A stretch of DNA of 64,000 bases from an uncultured bacterium. Lineage in GTDB: Bacteria; Babelota; Babeliae; Babelales; Vermiphilaceae. The notes below the pieces were generated by a model. The model was given only the letters and a program-made list of their open reading frames with translations. It was not told where the DNA came from and did no database searches. Made by a program: the position numbers and the translations under genes. Shown in pieces: positions 29,025 to 38,540 of this stretch; the first letter of the stretch is position 1, and each line of letters opens with the position of its first letter. The stretch lies in NCBI GenBank assembly GCA_963713925.1, contig OY970212.1:288001-352000 (forward strand). The letters run 5' to 3'.

Positions 29025-29300
29025 ACCCCATACTCACGTATGGGGACCCCGGGTTTTTATCCATTCACAAAGATGGGGGCCCCGAATTGCATGGGGGTTT
29101 TTATTGATGGCTCGCCTCGTTCCTCCCGGCTGCGCTCACAATACTCACCATAATGAACTCATCTTGAGAATTGCAAGCATCAGAAGATCAATAAACCTAA
29201 TCTACGCTATCCCTACGAGTGGGGTCCGGTTTCAGCCCATACTACATAAGCTTTTATCCAAATTTGCATTCGGGACCCAGGCTTCGTATGCGACCCTGGC
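29025..29300. repeat. Cluster of family A hairpins and degenerate family C fragments
   Basis: CCCCATACTCACGTATGGGGACCCC, GGGGGCCCCGAA, TTCGGGACCC, CTCACCATAATGAAC. Confidence 0.55.
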
Positions 29301-29441
29301 TAGCATAACTTTGCAAATGACAAATAAGTGAATTCAAAATTCTCTTGAGAGTTTTATACTCAGTTTGATATTATTTATTTGAAAAAGATTTTTTATAGTC
29401 CATCCAGTTTTTCAAGATGGGATTTTTAATGAGGAGTTTGT

Positions 29442-30158
29442 ATGAAGCGCATAGATATAAAAAGACTTATGCTAAGCCTTGTTATCATTACAGGAACTTA
29501 TCCATATATGGCAGGAATGGAAGATGATGCGGAAATTGCGGAAGATATGCCTAAAACACCCAAAAAGCCTGCCGAACCCGTATTGAAAAAAGAGCTGGCA
29601 AAGCCGATAATACGGCTCGTGGGGATTAATAATCAGACATCAAAAAAATTGGATATTATAGCAGGCGGCGAGACATTTAAGCTTGCCCCGAACAAAACGG
29701 AATCATTTGATATTCAATTTTTCCTTTCTCCAACAACCCCTGTATTAAAAATTCCTAATGCGGTTGTTAGAGCATATAAATCAAGTGGCCCGATTCGAAT
29801 CCGTTTGAGTGAAGAGACAGCTTCGGGCGATGCCCCTACAAAAGGTGACCGTTTCCTCATATCGGTGCCGTATTATCAAGTGAATCAAGCATACGGAACC
29901 GAATGGGCCAATGCGCGCATCATAGTAGAGGAACCATCCAATAGGGATATAGGAAAACGTTTACCGATTGTTCTTGCTTCTTGGGATAATGGCGGGAAAA
30001 ACATGCCTCTTGAACCGGGAAAACACCATAATCTTGCTCTGAATCTGACGATTGTCGAAAAGCCAACCTCTACAACAAATGAAGAGGGCAAACAAGTCAA
30101 GACAACCTTTATTGATTTAGAAAATGATGCGCTCGAAGTTGAGGTTGAGCAACAGTAA
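29442..30158 (+). CDS. Secreted hypothetical protein
   Basis: GAGGAG RBS; signal peptide followed by ME. Confidence 0.75.
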   Translation: MKRIDIKRLMLSLVIITGTYPYMAGMEDDAEIAEDMPKTPKKPAEPVLKKELAKPIIRLVGINNQTSKKLDIIAGGETFKLAPNKTESFDIQFFLSPTTPVLKIPNAVVRAYKSSGPIRIRLSEETASGDAPTKGDRFLISVPYYQVNQAYGTEWANARIIVEEPSNRDIGKRLPIVLASWDNGGKNMPLEPGKHHNLALNLTIVEKPTSTTNEEGKQVKTTFIDLENDALEVEVEQQ

Positions 30159-30182
30159 ACAGATTGTTTTACACAATTAAGA

Positions 30183-30216
30183 ATGCCTGGAGATAATGAC
30201 CTTTATCTCCAGGCAT
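30183..30216. terminator. Terminator between convergent genes
   Basis: ATGCCTGGAGATAA..TTATCTCCAGGCAT. Confidence 0.65.
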
Positions 30217-30237
30217 ATATTTTATAGATCAAAAATG

Positions 30238-30918
30238 TTATTCCATTGCGTTAGCTTTTTCTGTTTCAGACAATGCTTCGAGTTCTTTTAGCAAGGCTCT
30301 CCGCTCTTCTTCCGGGGTACTTACAGGAGTAGTAACAATTTTGATATCCAGTGTTTCGGTAGTCGTAGGCTTAACCGGAGGCAGTTGCTGATCGATTTGG
30401 TCTTTGATCTCTTGCTCATCAGTTGCACTAAAAGTTGCCGCGGCTTTAGATTCATCCGTGGGGGATTTTGTGCCTTGTTGAGCAGTTTTAGTTTCAGTCG
30501 TTTCTGGTATAAATTTTTCGGTAACTTCTTTTACTACTTCTCGCTCAGATGATGGAGTGGTTGCAGCTGGTTTACTCGTTTCTGTCACTTCAACAACGGG
30601 GGTTGTTGTTTGTTGTGCAGAAGTATCTAATTTTGAGAGCTCTGCTTGAATATTTTCTTTTACGTCTTTGACGGCGGACGTTACTTTTTCACCTACTTTA
30701 TTAACTTGATCTTGCACAACCTGTTTAACTTCATCTACTTTTTGTTGGACAGTCGTCGGAACAGATGACGAGCTAAAAATTTGTTTCGTTTTTTCAATAA
30801 CGCTTGAGACAAGCTCAGTTACTTGTTGCCACAATGAACTAAACCACGATTGATCATCTGCGCGCGATTGGGCGGCAGTTATAAGAAAAAATACAAAAAT
30901 AATCTGTTTGATTTTCAT
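30238..30918 (-). CDS. Secreted low-complexity (T/E/Q/K-rich) protein
   Basis: AGGAGGAG RBS; signal peptide. Confidence 0.75.
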   Translation of the reverse strand: MKIKQIIFVFFLITAAQSRADDQSWFSSLWQQVTELVSSVIEKTKQIFSSSSVPTTVQQKVDEVKQVVQDQVNKVGEKVTSAVKDVKENIQAELSKLDTSAQQTTTPVVEVTETSKPAATTPSSEREVVKEVTEKFIPETTETKTAQQGTKSPTDESKAAATFSATDEQEIKDQIDQQLPPVKPTTTETLDIKIVTTPVSTPEEERRALLKELEALSETEKANAME

Positions 30919-31075
30919 CGGAATCTCCTCCTTATTACACCCAAGCTCATGTTATTCGCTTGGGACCCGGGTTATCGGGGCTCCAGCACATTCAGCTGAG
31001 GGGTTTTATTTTCAGGGTATCATTTTTCATATACAAATTGCAATAATACCAATTGGACATTAACGGTTTATAAAC

Positions 31076-31200
31076 TTCCTTATTACCATGTCATCCTGAA
31101 TTTATTTCAGGATCCACTTAACCTGGGTATGGATGCTGAAACAAGTGCCTCTTGACAACCAACCACTTTTTTTAGTTATAAAGCTTAATTTTCGTACAAG
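31076..31200. repeat. Family D ~125 bp element, copy 1
   Basis: GTCATCCTGAATTTATTTCAGGATC..GGATGCTGAAACAAGT; homologous to the reverse complement of 53068-53188. Confidence 0.75.
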
Positions 31201-31224
31201 TTCTCAGCCTTAATGCCGGAAGTC

Positions 31225-31764
31225 CTAAACAGGAATGTTTTTGCTTGCGAGAGCAATGTGTGCTTCTTGGAGATCTTTGGAAAGTTTTTCATTCTCAGTT
31301 TTGAGCTGTTTAATTTCGGCAGTGAGGGATTCCGTTTTTGCGAGTGCCGATTGTAGGTTTTTTTCAGCGAGCTCTTGTGCATCGTATTTCTTTTTATTTT
31401 CTGCTTCAAGATTTTTTATGGTAAGCGCTTGGCGTTCAGCAATTGTTTTGAGTGATTTTTTATCGCGCTTGAGTTGATCCCATTCTGCTTTGCTTTTATC
31501 CAGCGGAAGTTGCTCTTGCAAAATCTGGCTATCTCGTTTGTGAATGCGTTGGAAAAGAGGAATCGCTTGTTTTCCAAATCCTTGTTGGACTAAGCCATTA
31601 ATTTGTTCCAACAAAGGAGCTCGGCCGGCAATCCATCCGGGAACGTCTTCTTTTTCCAATGTGGACAATTCATTATTGAGTTTGCTCCATTGTTGTGAAA
31701 TTGCGGCAGGACTGCCGCAGTGGATGGAAGTGTATAACATCGATAACAAAATAATACGCTTCAT
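31225..31764 (-). CDS. Secreted coiled-coil protein
   Basis: Signal peptide; heptad-rich C-terminus. Confidence 0.7.
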   Translation of the reverse strand: MKRIILLSMLYTSIHCGSPAAISQQWSKLNNELSTLEKEDVPGWIAGRAPLLEQINGLVQQGFGKQAIPLFQRIHKRDSQILQEQLPLDKSKAEWDQLKRDKKSLKTIAERQALTIKNLEAENKKKYDAQELAEKNLQSALAKTESLTAEIKQLKTENEKLSKDLQEAHIALASKNIPV

Positions 31765-31848
31765 GAGAAATTCCTTTTGTAAGAATGGGAAATCTTTTCC
31801 CCATAACGTACTTCAGGATGAAGGATATTTGAAAGAAACGCACAAAAA

Positions 31849-31877
31849 AAAGAATGCGCATTTAATGCGCATTCTTT
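31849..31877 (-). terminator. Rho-independent terminator
   Basis: AAAGAATGCGCAT..ATGCGCATTCTTT with an adjacent A-run. Confidence 0.65.
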
Positions 31878-31905
31878 GAAAACTGTTCGAGACAGATGTT
31901 TTTTA

Positions 31906-32511
31906 TCACTCTAAGTTATTGTTTATAACAGAACGTATGGCAGCTTGTCTTGCTTCCCATTCTTTTTTTTCTTCTCTATATTCCAAATATTTCTTCACGA
32001 TCAATGTCGTTATTGTGGTCCCCGTCGCTATCGCAATAGCAGTGGCTATTTTAGGATTTTCTTTTGCGAGCGCAACAACACTTTTTGCATATTCAGATGC
32101 TTTTTTGACAATAGTAGAGTTAATAGCTGATTCATATTGCTTTTGTGCAAACTCTTTTACTTGAGTAAATTTGTTACCCACTTCAAGACCCGTGATGCGA
32201 TCTTTTATTGCATCAAGCTTTGGTTGAGCATATTCAGAAGCATTTTTTGCTTGAGAAGAAACAAAAGTTGTTGTGACGTCCCACATGCGCGGCAACAAGT
32301 TCTTTGTTGCTTCCTGCGTAATCGCTGGAGCTGCAGGTTGTTCTTGAGTTACTTCTTGAGCAACATTGTTTGCAACTGCAGCTATTTCAGCTGCCAAGCG
32401 AGCAGATTCTGCTGCTTTTGCAACGATTGTTTGTCTCATATTGCCGCTGTTTTCAGATGCAAATGCAACTGAGCAGGCAGCGAACGATAAAAGGATTAAT
32501 TGTTTTTTCAT
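31906..32511 (-). CDS. Secreted protein with C-terminal membrane anchor
   Basis: MKKQLILLSFAACSVAFA signal; ENPKIATAIAIATG TM. Confidence 0.75.
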   Translation of the reverse strand: MKKQLILLSFAACSVAFASENSGNMRQTIVAKAAESARLAAEIAAVANNVAQEVTQEQPAAPAITQEATKNLLPRMWDVTTTFVSSQAKNASEYAQPKLDAIKDRITGLEVGNKFTQVKEFAQKQYESAINSTIVKKASEYAKSVVALAKENPKIATAIAIATGTTITTLIVKKYLEYREEKKEWEARQAAIRSVINNNLE

Positions 32512-32564
32512 AATAAACCTCATTATTTAGATCATTAAAATGACAATGGGAGCATGGATCTTTT

Positions 32565-32972
32565 TCAAGAATCTCTCCCTCCATATAGCTCATTTGAATA
32601 ACATGCGAGCGTTTCTTGTATTCGTTGTTGCTGCTCCTTTGCTACGGCATGGTTCACTCTTTGTTCAGCATATTTTTTAAATGTTCGTATGGCAGCCATT
32701 TGGACTTCATAGGTATGACCAGAGGTATAAGCACAAATGATTGCGTGTGAGTAGCACATAGAATGAAGTAATCGGACAGAGTTTTCGAAGAAGGGCTCAT
32801 TCTCTCTTTGGTATGTGTTATAGCAATTAATCATTGTTTGCACCAAAAGTGCGCATTGTTCGTCAAAACATTTCTTTTCTTGCAACACAAGTACGTTTTG
32901 TTGTTCATCACAGCCCTTTGCAAATGCAACTGAGCATGCAGCCAACGATAAAAGGATTAATTGTTTTTTCAT
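32565..32972 (-). CDS. Secreted hypothetical protein
   Basis: Signal peptide nearly identical to that of 31906-32511; C-terminus shared with the EEP protein. Confidence 0.7.
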   Translation of the reverse strand: MKKQLILLSLAACSVAFAKGCDEQQNVLVLQEKKCFDEQCALLVQTMINCYNTYQRENEPFFENSVRLLHSMCYSHAIICAYTSGHTYEVQMAAIRTFKKYAEQRVNHAVAKEQQQRIQETLACYSNELYGGRDS

Positions 32973-32993
32973 AATAAACCTCGCTTTAGAGAA

Positions 32994-33575
32994 TTAAAAT
33001 AATAACGAAAAGATAGATCTCTTTTTTAAAGCTTCGAAAATATTTCGTGACGATTCTACCAAGGCTTTTTTATTATTAGTGTCGTACGCAACAAGATATT
33101 CCCTGAGTTCTTCTTGTAGTGCATCATTAGAATCGATTTCTTTTGTTACATCTCTTAAGTGTTCATAATTTAGCTTTATCCCGTACAGTCTTCGAATTGT
33201 TTGCAAAAATTTTGGATTTTGAGCTTTTTGTCCCGATGAATTGCATTGATCCCAATCCATGTCAAAAGCCTTATTGAGCTGATTTTTTATGGATTGCTTT
33301 TTTACAAATACGAAGCCTGCAGCTGCGGCAAGGGCGGTTCCCGATGCGGCAATGTATGGATGGTTGAGAACTTGATTCCAGCCACCTTTTGCGGCATTCC
33401 AACTAGCTGTTGCGACTGTGTTAACCATTGAGCGCACAGGGATTTGTTTGCAATATTCAACGGCAGATGATAGGAACTCTTGAGCATGAGCCTTGAGCTC
33501 TTTGATTCCTGCCTGGGCAGGTATATTGGTGAGTAATAAGGATGCACCTATTACGTTTAATACTATTCTTTTCAT
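32994..33575 (-). CDS. Secreted protein with internal TM segment
   Basis: GGAGG RBS; signal peptide; NHPYIAASGTALAAAAG. Confidence 0.75.
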   Translation of the reverse strand: MKRIVLNVIGASLLLTNIPAQAGIKELKAHAQEFLSSAVEYCKQIPVRSMVNTVATASWNAAKGGWNQVLNHPYIAASGTALAAAAGFVFVKKQSIKNQLNKAFDMDWDQCNSSGQKAQNPKFLQTIRRLYGIKLNYEHLRDVTKEIDSNDALQEELREYLVAYDTNNKKALVESSRNIFEALKKRSIFSLLF

Positions 33576-33833
33576 AATTAACCTCCAAATCAGTTAAAAG
33601 ATAGGTATAAAATACCTGAACTAGGGTCCCATACGGAGCATGAGCGCAGTATGGGTATAAAAACAGGCTATTTTATACTCTGTTTCTACTTCTTATGATA
33701 CCTGATTGAGCGCCTTGAGCAAGGGCTCAATTGACAAATAGAAAACATTGGTAGGGGGTGGCAGGTAAGGGCTTAGATTGAGGTGTTAACGGATCTCACG
33801 CGCAGTTCTACAAAACATCGGGTATAAATAAAA

Positions 33834-33860
33834 ATGGCCCGAGGAATTTCCTCGGGCCAT
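33834..33860 (-). terminator. Rho-independent terminator
   Basis: ATGGCCCGAGGAA/TTCCTCGGGCCAT with adjacent A-run. Confidence 0.7.
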
Positions 33861-33882
33861 CAAATTCTATAAAACAGAAATC

Positions 33883-34278
33883 TTACTCAAGATCTTCGTT
33901 TTCATCGTTGCCAAGAACTGCGGCTTTAATTGCGTCCTTGTAGTAGACTGCTGTTGCAGCCGCTGCAGCAACAGTAAGAGTTGTAGCAGCTGAGATGTAA
34001 GGATGAGCTTTGAAGGTTTTGTTCCAGAATGAAACCGGAGCGGTAACAAAAACAGCGTTTGCTCCTTTAACAGCAGCTGACTTGGTCGCTTTAGCAAAAG
34101 TTGCAATAGCCGATGCCGGGGTTACAACTGTGGTGTTCCAAACAGTTGAGCCAGCTGACTTAAGGGTAGCAGCTACACGAGCAAGGCGTGAAGGAGTTGC
34201 TACTTTAACTTCAGCAGCGTTGTTTTGAGCAACAACTAACATTGCAGCAAATACAAAAGCATTCATATAACGGTTCAT
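33883..34278 (-). CDS. Ala-rich secreted protein with C-terminal anchor
   Basis: Signal peptide; AHPYISAATTLTVAAAAATAVYYK. Confidence 0.75.
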   Translation of the reverse strand: MNRYMNAFVFAAMLVVAQNNAAEVKVATPSRLARVAATLKSAGSTVWNTTVVTPASAIATFAKATKSAAVKGANAVFVTAPVSFWNKTFKAHPYISAATTLTVAAAAATAVYYKDAIKAAVLGNDENEDLE

Positions 34279-34306
34279 AAAATATCCTTATGAATATGAG
34301 TTTGGT

Positions 34307-34837
34307 TTAATTAACTTCGTTTACAGGTTTATTTTCAGCGACATCTTGAGAGTCTTCGTGCAACAACTTGTATGTTTGATACACACCGGCCGCAACAATA
34401 ACAATTGAGCTTGCGATTGCTATCGGTTTCAAATACGCGTCTTTCCATTGACCGAGTTTTTCAACAACATGATTTATTTTTTCAGAAGAAATCACGTTGG
34501 AGGTTGATTCAACAGCAGTGTTCTGTTCAGTGCTTACAACGGGTTCGATTTGTGTGGCTACCGTAACTTCAGCAATGGTATCGGTGATTACAGGAGTAAC
34601 AGTAGATGTTTGAACTTCTTTTTGCGTTTGCCCAAAAAATGGTGCAATACGATCTTTGGCGGATGTTAAAGCAGAAGCTAAGGTTTTTGTGATGCCGACA
34701 ACAAAAGCGCGCTCTTGTTGATTTGATGTTCTATTAACCGAATCAACAAATGGATTCAACTCCGGGTCAAAATCGGCGCCCTTAACATGTGTATTTGCAA
34801 TAATAGTCAATGTTGCTAGAAAAATTGTGGTTCTCAC
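34307..34837 (-). CDS. Secreted protein with C-terminal anchor
   Basis: AGGAG RBS, GTG start, signal peptide; LKPIAIASSIVIVAAGVYQTYK. Confidence 0.7.
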   Translation of the reverse strand: MRTTIFLATLTIIANTHVKGADFDPELNPFVDSVNRTSNQQERAFVVGITKTLASALTSAKDRIAPFFGQTQKEVQTSTVTPVITDTIAEVTVATQIEPVVSTEQNTAVESTSNVISSEKINHVVEKLGQWKDAYLKPIAIASSIVIVAAGVYQTYKLLHEDSQDVAENKPVNEVN

Positions 34838-34942
34838 AAAGCACTCCTAAAAAAGAAAAGATGTTGCAAACAGTAATCAGCTTAGTTTAAAATACCGTAT
34901 TTGTCAAAAAAAGAGCCTGGAAAGCGTCGTTTTTTATTCTTT

Positions 34943-35048
34943 GCACCTAAGCTCACTGCATTCCGCTGGGGACCCATTTTTTTACCCAAGCTCACGGCGC
35001 TGCACTTGGGGCCCAATTTGGGAGTCCCCCATTTTAAAATGGGGGTTA
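34943..35048. repeat. Cluster of three family A hairpins
   Basis: CCTAAGCTCAC..GCTGGGGACCC; CCCAAGCTCAC..CTTGGGGCCC; GTCCCCCATTTTAAAATGGGGG. Confidence 0.65.
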
Positions 35049-35049
35049 C

Positions 35050-35598
35050 TTATTCGTCTTGGCACTCATCGTCACAATCATCACAATCTTCTTCATCACA
35101 TTCAGATTGTGTAGCAGCATTATACTCTTCTTCCGCCGATAGGGCTCGGGCAACTTCCATAAGCAGGATCATAGGGGCAAACTTTTCCGCTGCCGCTTTG
35201 TCTTCCACTGCTGATTGCAGGTCTTCAATAGCTGCAAATTGATCAGCGCCTGTTTTAAACCAGCTGCCGGTGTTGAGGAGCTTGTTGAGCGCTTCCAAAA
35301 GAAGAGTGCCTTCCTTTACGAACGCTTTTTCATTATTTGAAACCTGAGCATGCACCATACGAGCGCCATGCTTTGTCAGGTTGCCGATGAGTTCGGTTTT
35401 GGTTGCCTCATCTATGCCATTTATTGTTGCCACTTGGTACACGATACCATTGATCGATTCTTGAAATGTTTCATGGATGCCCTCATTGGCAAACATAATG
35501 GGTAAATCGGGAATAGTGGCTTTATTTTTGAATTCTGTAATAACAGTAATGCATCCTTCTTTGAATGCATCGATCATCATTTTGCTTACTGCGTCCAT
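35050..35598 (-). CDS. Hypothetical protein with an acidic Cys-rich tail
   Basis: 182-aa ORF ending ECDEEDCDDCDDECQDE. Confidence 0.7.
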   Translation of the reverse strand: MDAVSKMMIDAFKEGCITVITEFKNKATIPDLPIMFANEGIHETFQESINGIVYQVATINGIDEATKTELIGNLTKHGARMVHAQVSNNEKAFVKEGTLLLEALNKLLNTGSWFKTGADQFAAIEDLQSAVEDKAAAEKFAPMILLMEVARALSAEEEYNAATQSECDEEDCDDCDDECQDE

Positions 35599-35679
35599 AA
35601 CATGCCTTTATATTAAAAAATTGAAATTATAAGTTTATAGCCAGTATAACAAAAATTCGATTTTTTAAAAGTTTGTCAG

Positions 35680-35722
35680 AAAAAAGAGATGAGCCTTTTG
35701 TATTGGCTCATCTCTTTTTTTT
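35680..35722 (-). terminator. Rho-independent terminator after the FKBP gene
   Basis: AAAAAAGAGATGAGCC..GGCTCATCTCTTTTTT. Confidence 0.75.
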
Positions 35723-35734
35723 AATTAAATCTTT

Positions 35735-36196
35735 TTATACATTCAACAATTCAACATCAAAAATAAGGGCAGCATGAGGTGGAATAATTCTTCCGGCTCC
35801 GTGGGCTCCGTATCCAAGGTTGGCAGGGATATAGAGACGCCTGATTTCGCCCACTTTCATACCCATAACACCCTCATCCCAGCCACGGATGACATGCCCT
35901 GTGCCAATGACAAAGGTAAACGGTTGCTTTCGATCGTGGCTGCTATCAAATTTGGTGCCCGGGGCTCCATTGGTATCAAGCCAGCCGGTGTAATGAACTG
36001 TTACCGGTTTGCCTTTGGTTGGGGTTGCTCCGGTGCCTTCTTTGATGATTTCATAAGTGAGGCCAGAAGCTGTTTTAATTTTTGTCATACATTTTTCCTG
36101 TGTTGTTTGAGATGGTTTTTTGCCTTGCTGATCACCGCCGCATCCTGTAATTATAAAAAGTGAGATACAAAGCGAAGTCAGTGCAATATGGTTCAT
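35735..36196 (-). CDS. FKBP-type peptidyl-prolyl isomerase (Mip-like lipoprotein)
   Basis: Lipobox ITGC; VHYTGWL, FDSS, VIRGWDEG, LGYG, IPP.A.LIFDVEL. Confidence 0.95.
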   Translation of the reverse strand: MNHIALTSLCISLFIITGCGGDQQGKKPSQTTQEKCMTKIKTASGLTYEIIKEGTGATPTKGKPVTVHYTGWLDTNGAPGTKFDSSHDRKQPFTFVIGTGHVIRGWDEGVMGMKVGEIRRLYIPANLGYGAHGAGRIIPPHAALIFDVELLNV

Positions 36197-36315
36197 GACA
36201 ATTCCTTTTTTTATCCATACCGCTGTATGGGCATTTTTAAAATGTTTTTATATGGTATCATATTTTTGTATCCATAGCTAAAAACTGTTTTAATAGGCTC
36301 ATTTTGCCCATTTTC

Positions 36316-37401
36316 ATGCCATACCCTATTGTCAAACTCACGCCGCCCCTGTTGTCTCCAGAGAATATCAAAGAAAAAATCATATGCATTCGAGGCCACC
36401 GAGAGCGCATGTTCAGAATTGAGCATGAATTCTCGTCTGGGAAACACGTTTTCCACAACTATGGTCATGGCGGGGCCGGGTTTACCTTTTTGCCGGCGGC
36501 TATTAACGAATCATTTCGGCAATTTGATAAGGCGATCGAAAACAAGTTAATAACCTTCGATATGCGTGCGACCGTTATTGGAGCCGGATGTTATGGATTG
36601 CTGTCGGCTATTATGCTCTCTCGCCGAGGTTTTTCAGTTACTATTGTAGCCAAAGAGACCAAAGAAATTCCTTCATACAAGGCTGCCGGGTTCTTTTTTC
36701 CTCGTGCACGAAAGCGATCAACGGCTGAGGAACAAGCCCTTTTTGAGCGTTACGGGCTTGAATCGTATCTAGAATATGCGAGTATTATAGCCGGTAAGCA
36801 TCCATTTTTAACAACGGGAGCACGGATCATCCCCGGTTATTTTGGACTTGATGTAAACCCGGGTTTTGAACCGTACATTGTCGCCGGATTAATGAGTGGG
36901 CCAAGAATGGTCACCGTAGATTTTTATAACCCCAAACAGGCAAGCCTCGATCATGGAATGATGCATACCATGCTCGAATATCAATGCTTATTTGTTTCCG
37001 TAACGGCATTAATGAATGAATTACAGACATTGAGGCTGAAGTATGATATTCCAATCATAGAAAAAGAGATCAGCTCATTTGATGAGGTAGAATCGCCAAT
37101 TATCTTCAATTGCGCTGGTTTTGGGGCAAAGCAGTTAACGGGAGACAAGAAGATGCTCCCGGTCCAAGGTCATTTAATAAGTCTGCAAGATCAGCCGGAT
37201 TGCGATGAACGTGATTATCTGATTAACATGAAAATGACGGTGACTGATGAATATGGCACTCGTGATGAACTGCTCTATTATGCTCCCAAGGGTGAAGGGA
37301 TTTTGGGGATAACATTCAAGCGAAATCAGGCTTCGCTTGAGACAAATCACCATGAGTTTGACAGGTTGCTGCGTAGAGCGCGGGACTTTTTTGGACAGTA
37401 A
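36316..37401 (+). CDS. FAD-dependent oxidoreductase, D-amino acid oxidase-like (permuted motif order)
   Basis: HNYGHGGAG near the N-terminus; VIGAGCYG; IFNCAGFGA; PVQG. Confidence 0.8.
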   Translation: MPYPIVKLTPPLLSPENIKEKIICIRGHRERMFRIEHEFSSGKHVFHNYGHGGAGFTFLPAAINESFRQFDKAIENKLITFDMRATVIGAGCYGLLSAIMLSRRGFSVTIVAKETKEIPSYKAAGFFFPRARKRSTAEEQALFERYGLESYLEYASIIAGKHPFLTTGARIIPGYFGLDVNPGFEPYIVAGLMSGPRMVTVDFYNPKQASLDHGMMHTMLEYQCLFVSVTALMNELQTLRLKYDIPIIEKEISSFDEVESPIIFNCAGFGAKQLTGDKKMLPVQGHLISLQDQPDCDERDYLINMKMTVTDEYGTRDELLYYAPKGEGILGITFKRNQASLETNHHEFDRLLRRARDFFGQ

Positions 37402-37440
37402 AAAATTTTACAAGCCGGAGCAAATCCTTTGATAGTTGAT

Positions 37441-37878
37441 TTAGATAAATCTATCTTGAGGAACTACATAAAATTCGCTTGTTTTATACCGCTGAATAAC
37501 GGATTCTATGGTGCTCTCGTTTTGCAACGACGGTGAGTAGTAGTACACTGTTTCATTGTCTGCTTGGATCTTTCTTCGCGCAAAGACGTCAATGGCGACA
37601 GGTTGTGGTTCACCGAGCAAGTATCTGTATTTCACGAGTTCAGCAATAGTATTGATAGTGGCTTTTTTATCGTATCGTTCAACTATGCATATCATCTCTT
37701 TTTCAGTTCGTTCTTCGTATGGATAGTCTTGGCCGATACCCCGACTCACCGTTTTAGGGCCAAGAAGGGTGATTATTTTTAAGGAATCGCCAGGTTCTTG
37801 AGGAAGCAGTTGTTCTTCCGCAGAGAACAGCATAGTTGTTGCGACAAGAAGCAATGATAAAAAGAATGTTGTTTTCAT
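37441..37878 (-). CDS. Secreted hypothetical protein
   Basis: GAGG RBS; signal peptide. Confidence 0.65.
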   Translation of the reverse strand: MKTTFFLSLLLVATTMLFSAEEQLLPQEPGDSLKIITLLGPKTVSRGIGQDYPYEERTEKEMICIVERYDKKATINTIAELVKYRYLLGEPQPVAIDVFARRKIQADNETVYYYSPSLQNESTIESVIQRYKTSEFYVVPQDRFI

Positions 37879-37994
37879 AATTTCCTCAATGAAGAGATGC
37901 TATTACTTTATGATATTACTTTATTTGTAATAAATTTCAAAGTGGAGTCGAATTATGGTATTTTTTATACATGTTTTTTATAAAGAGGTTTTTT

Positions 37995-38540
37995 ATGTCA
38001 TTTCTACAGCACATTTCCGCACAGCCCCACACGTATGCAATAATCGAAACTCCTTTGGGAGATATGATAGCCATAGCAAACGAGAAAGCTCTTGCTCTCC
38101 TTACATTTGTTGACTCGGTATCATCAATACTCCGCGAACAGCTTGAGCGTTTAAAAAAATCGCAACACTTAGTTGAAGGATCAAATAAACCATTGCAATC
38201 AATCGAGGCTGAGCTTACGGGTCACTTTCGGGGAACGATCACTTCATTTGCAACACCAATTGAATTCTGCGGAACTGATTTTCAAAAGACGGTCTGGCAC
38301 AATCTTATGATGGTCAGACAGGGTGTTACGCAAACATACACGGATCTTGCTATTGCAACGGGTGATAAAAAAGCAGTTCGTGCCGTTGCGCAAGCAAATG
38401 CGAGAAATAAATATGTTATCATAGTTCCATGCCATCGTATTATTGCAAAAAATGGAAAGCTTGGTGGATACAGCTGTGGACTTGTGCGCAAACAATGGTT
38501 GCTTGCGCATGAAAGAACCATGAAAAAGGAATTGGTATGA
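37995..38540 (+). CDS. ogt: Methylated-DNA-protein-cysteine methyltransferase
   Basis: TPLG, GTDFQKTVW, RAVA.A...N, VPCHRII. Confidence 0.95.
   Translation: MSFLQHISAQPHTYAIIETPLGDMIAIANEKALALLTFVDSVSSILREQLERLKKSQHLVEGSNKPLQSIEAELTGHFRGTITSFATPIEFCGTDFQKTVWHNLMMVRQGVTQTYTDLAIATGDKKAVRAVAQANARNKYVIIVPCHRIIAKNGKLGGYSCGLVRKQWLLAHERTMKKELV

Noticed and set aside
28797..29331. ORFs 28797-29153 and 28972-29331
   Set aside because: They span a repeat cluster and promoter region, with no RBS or protein-like features
34901..35242. Plus-strand ORF and the many other short antisense ORFs overlapping long genes
   Set aside because: Shadow ORFs opposite well-supported genes or across repeats
36925..36965. 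Possible in-frame repeat in the oxidoreductase (NPKQASLDHG)
   Set aside because: Similarity to family A is too weak to call without ortholog alignment
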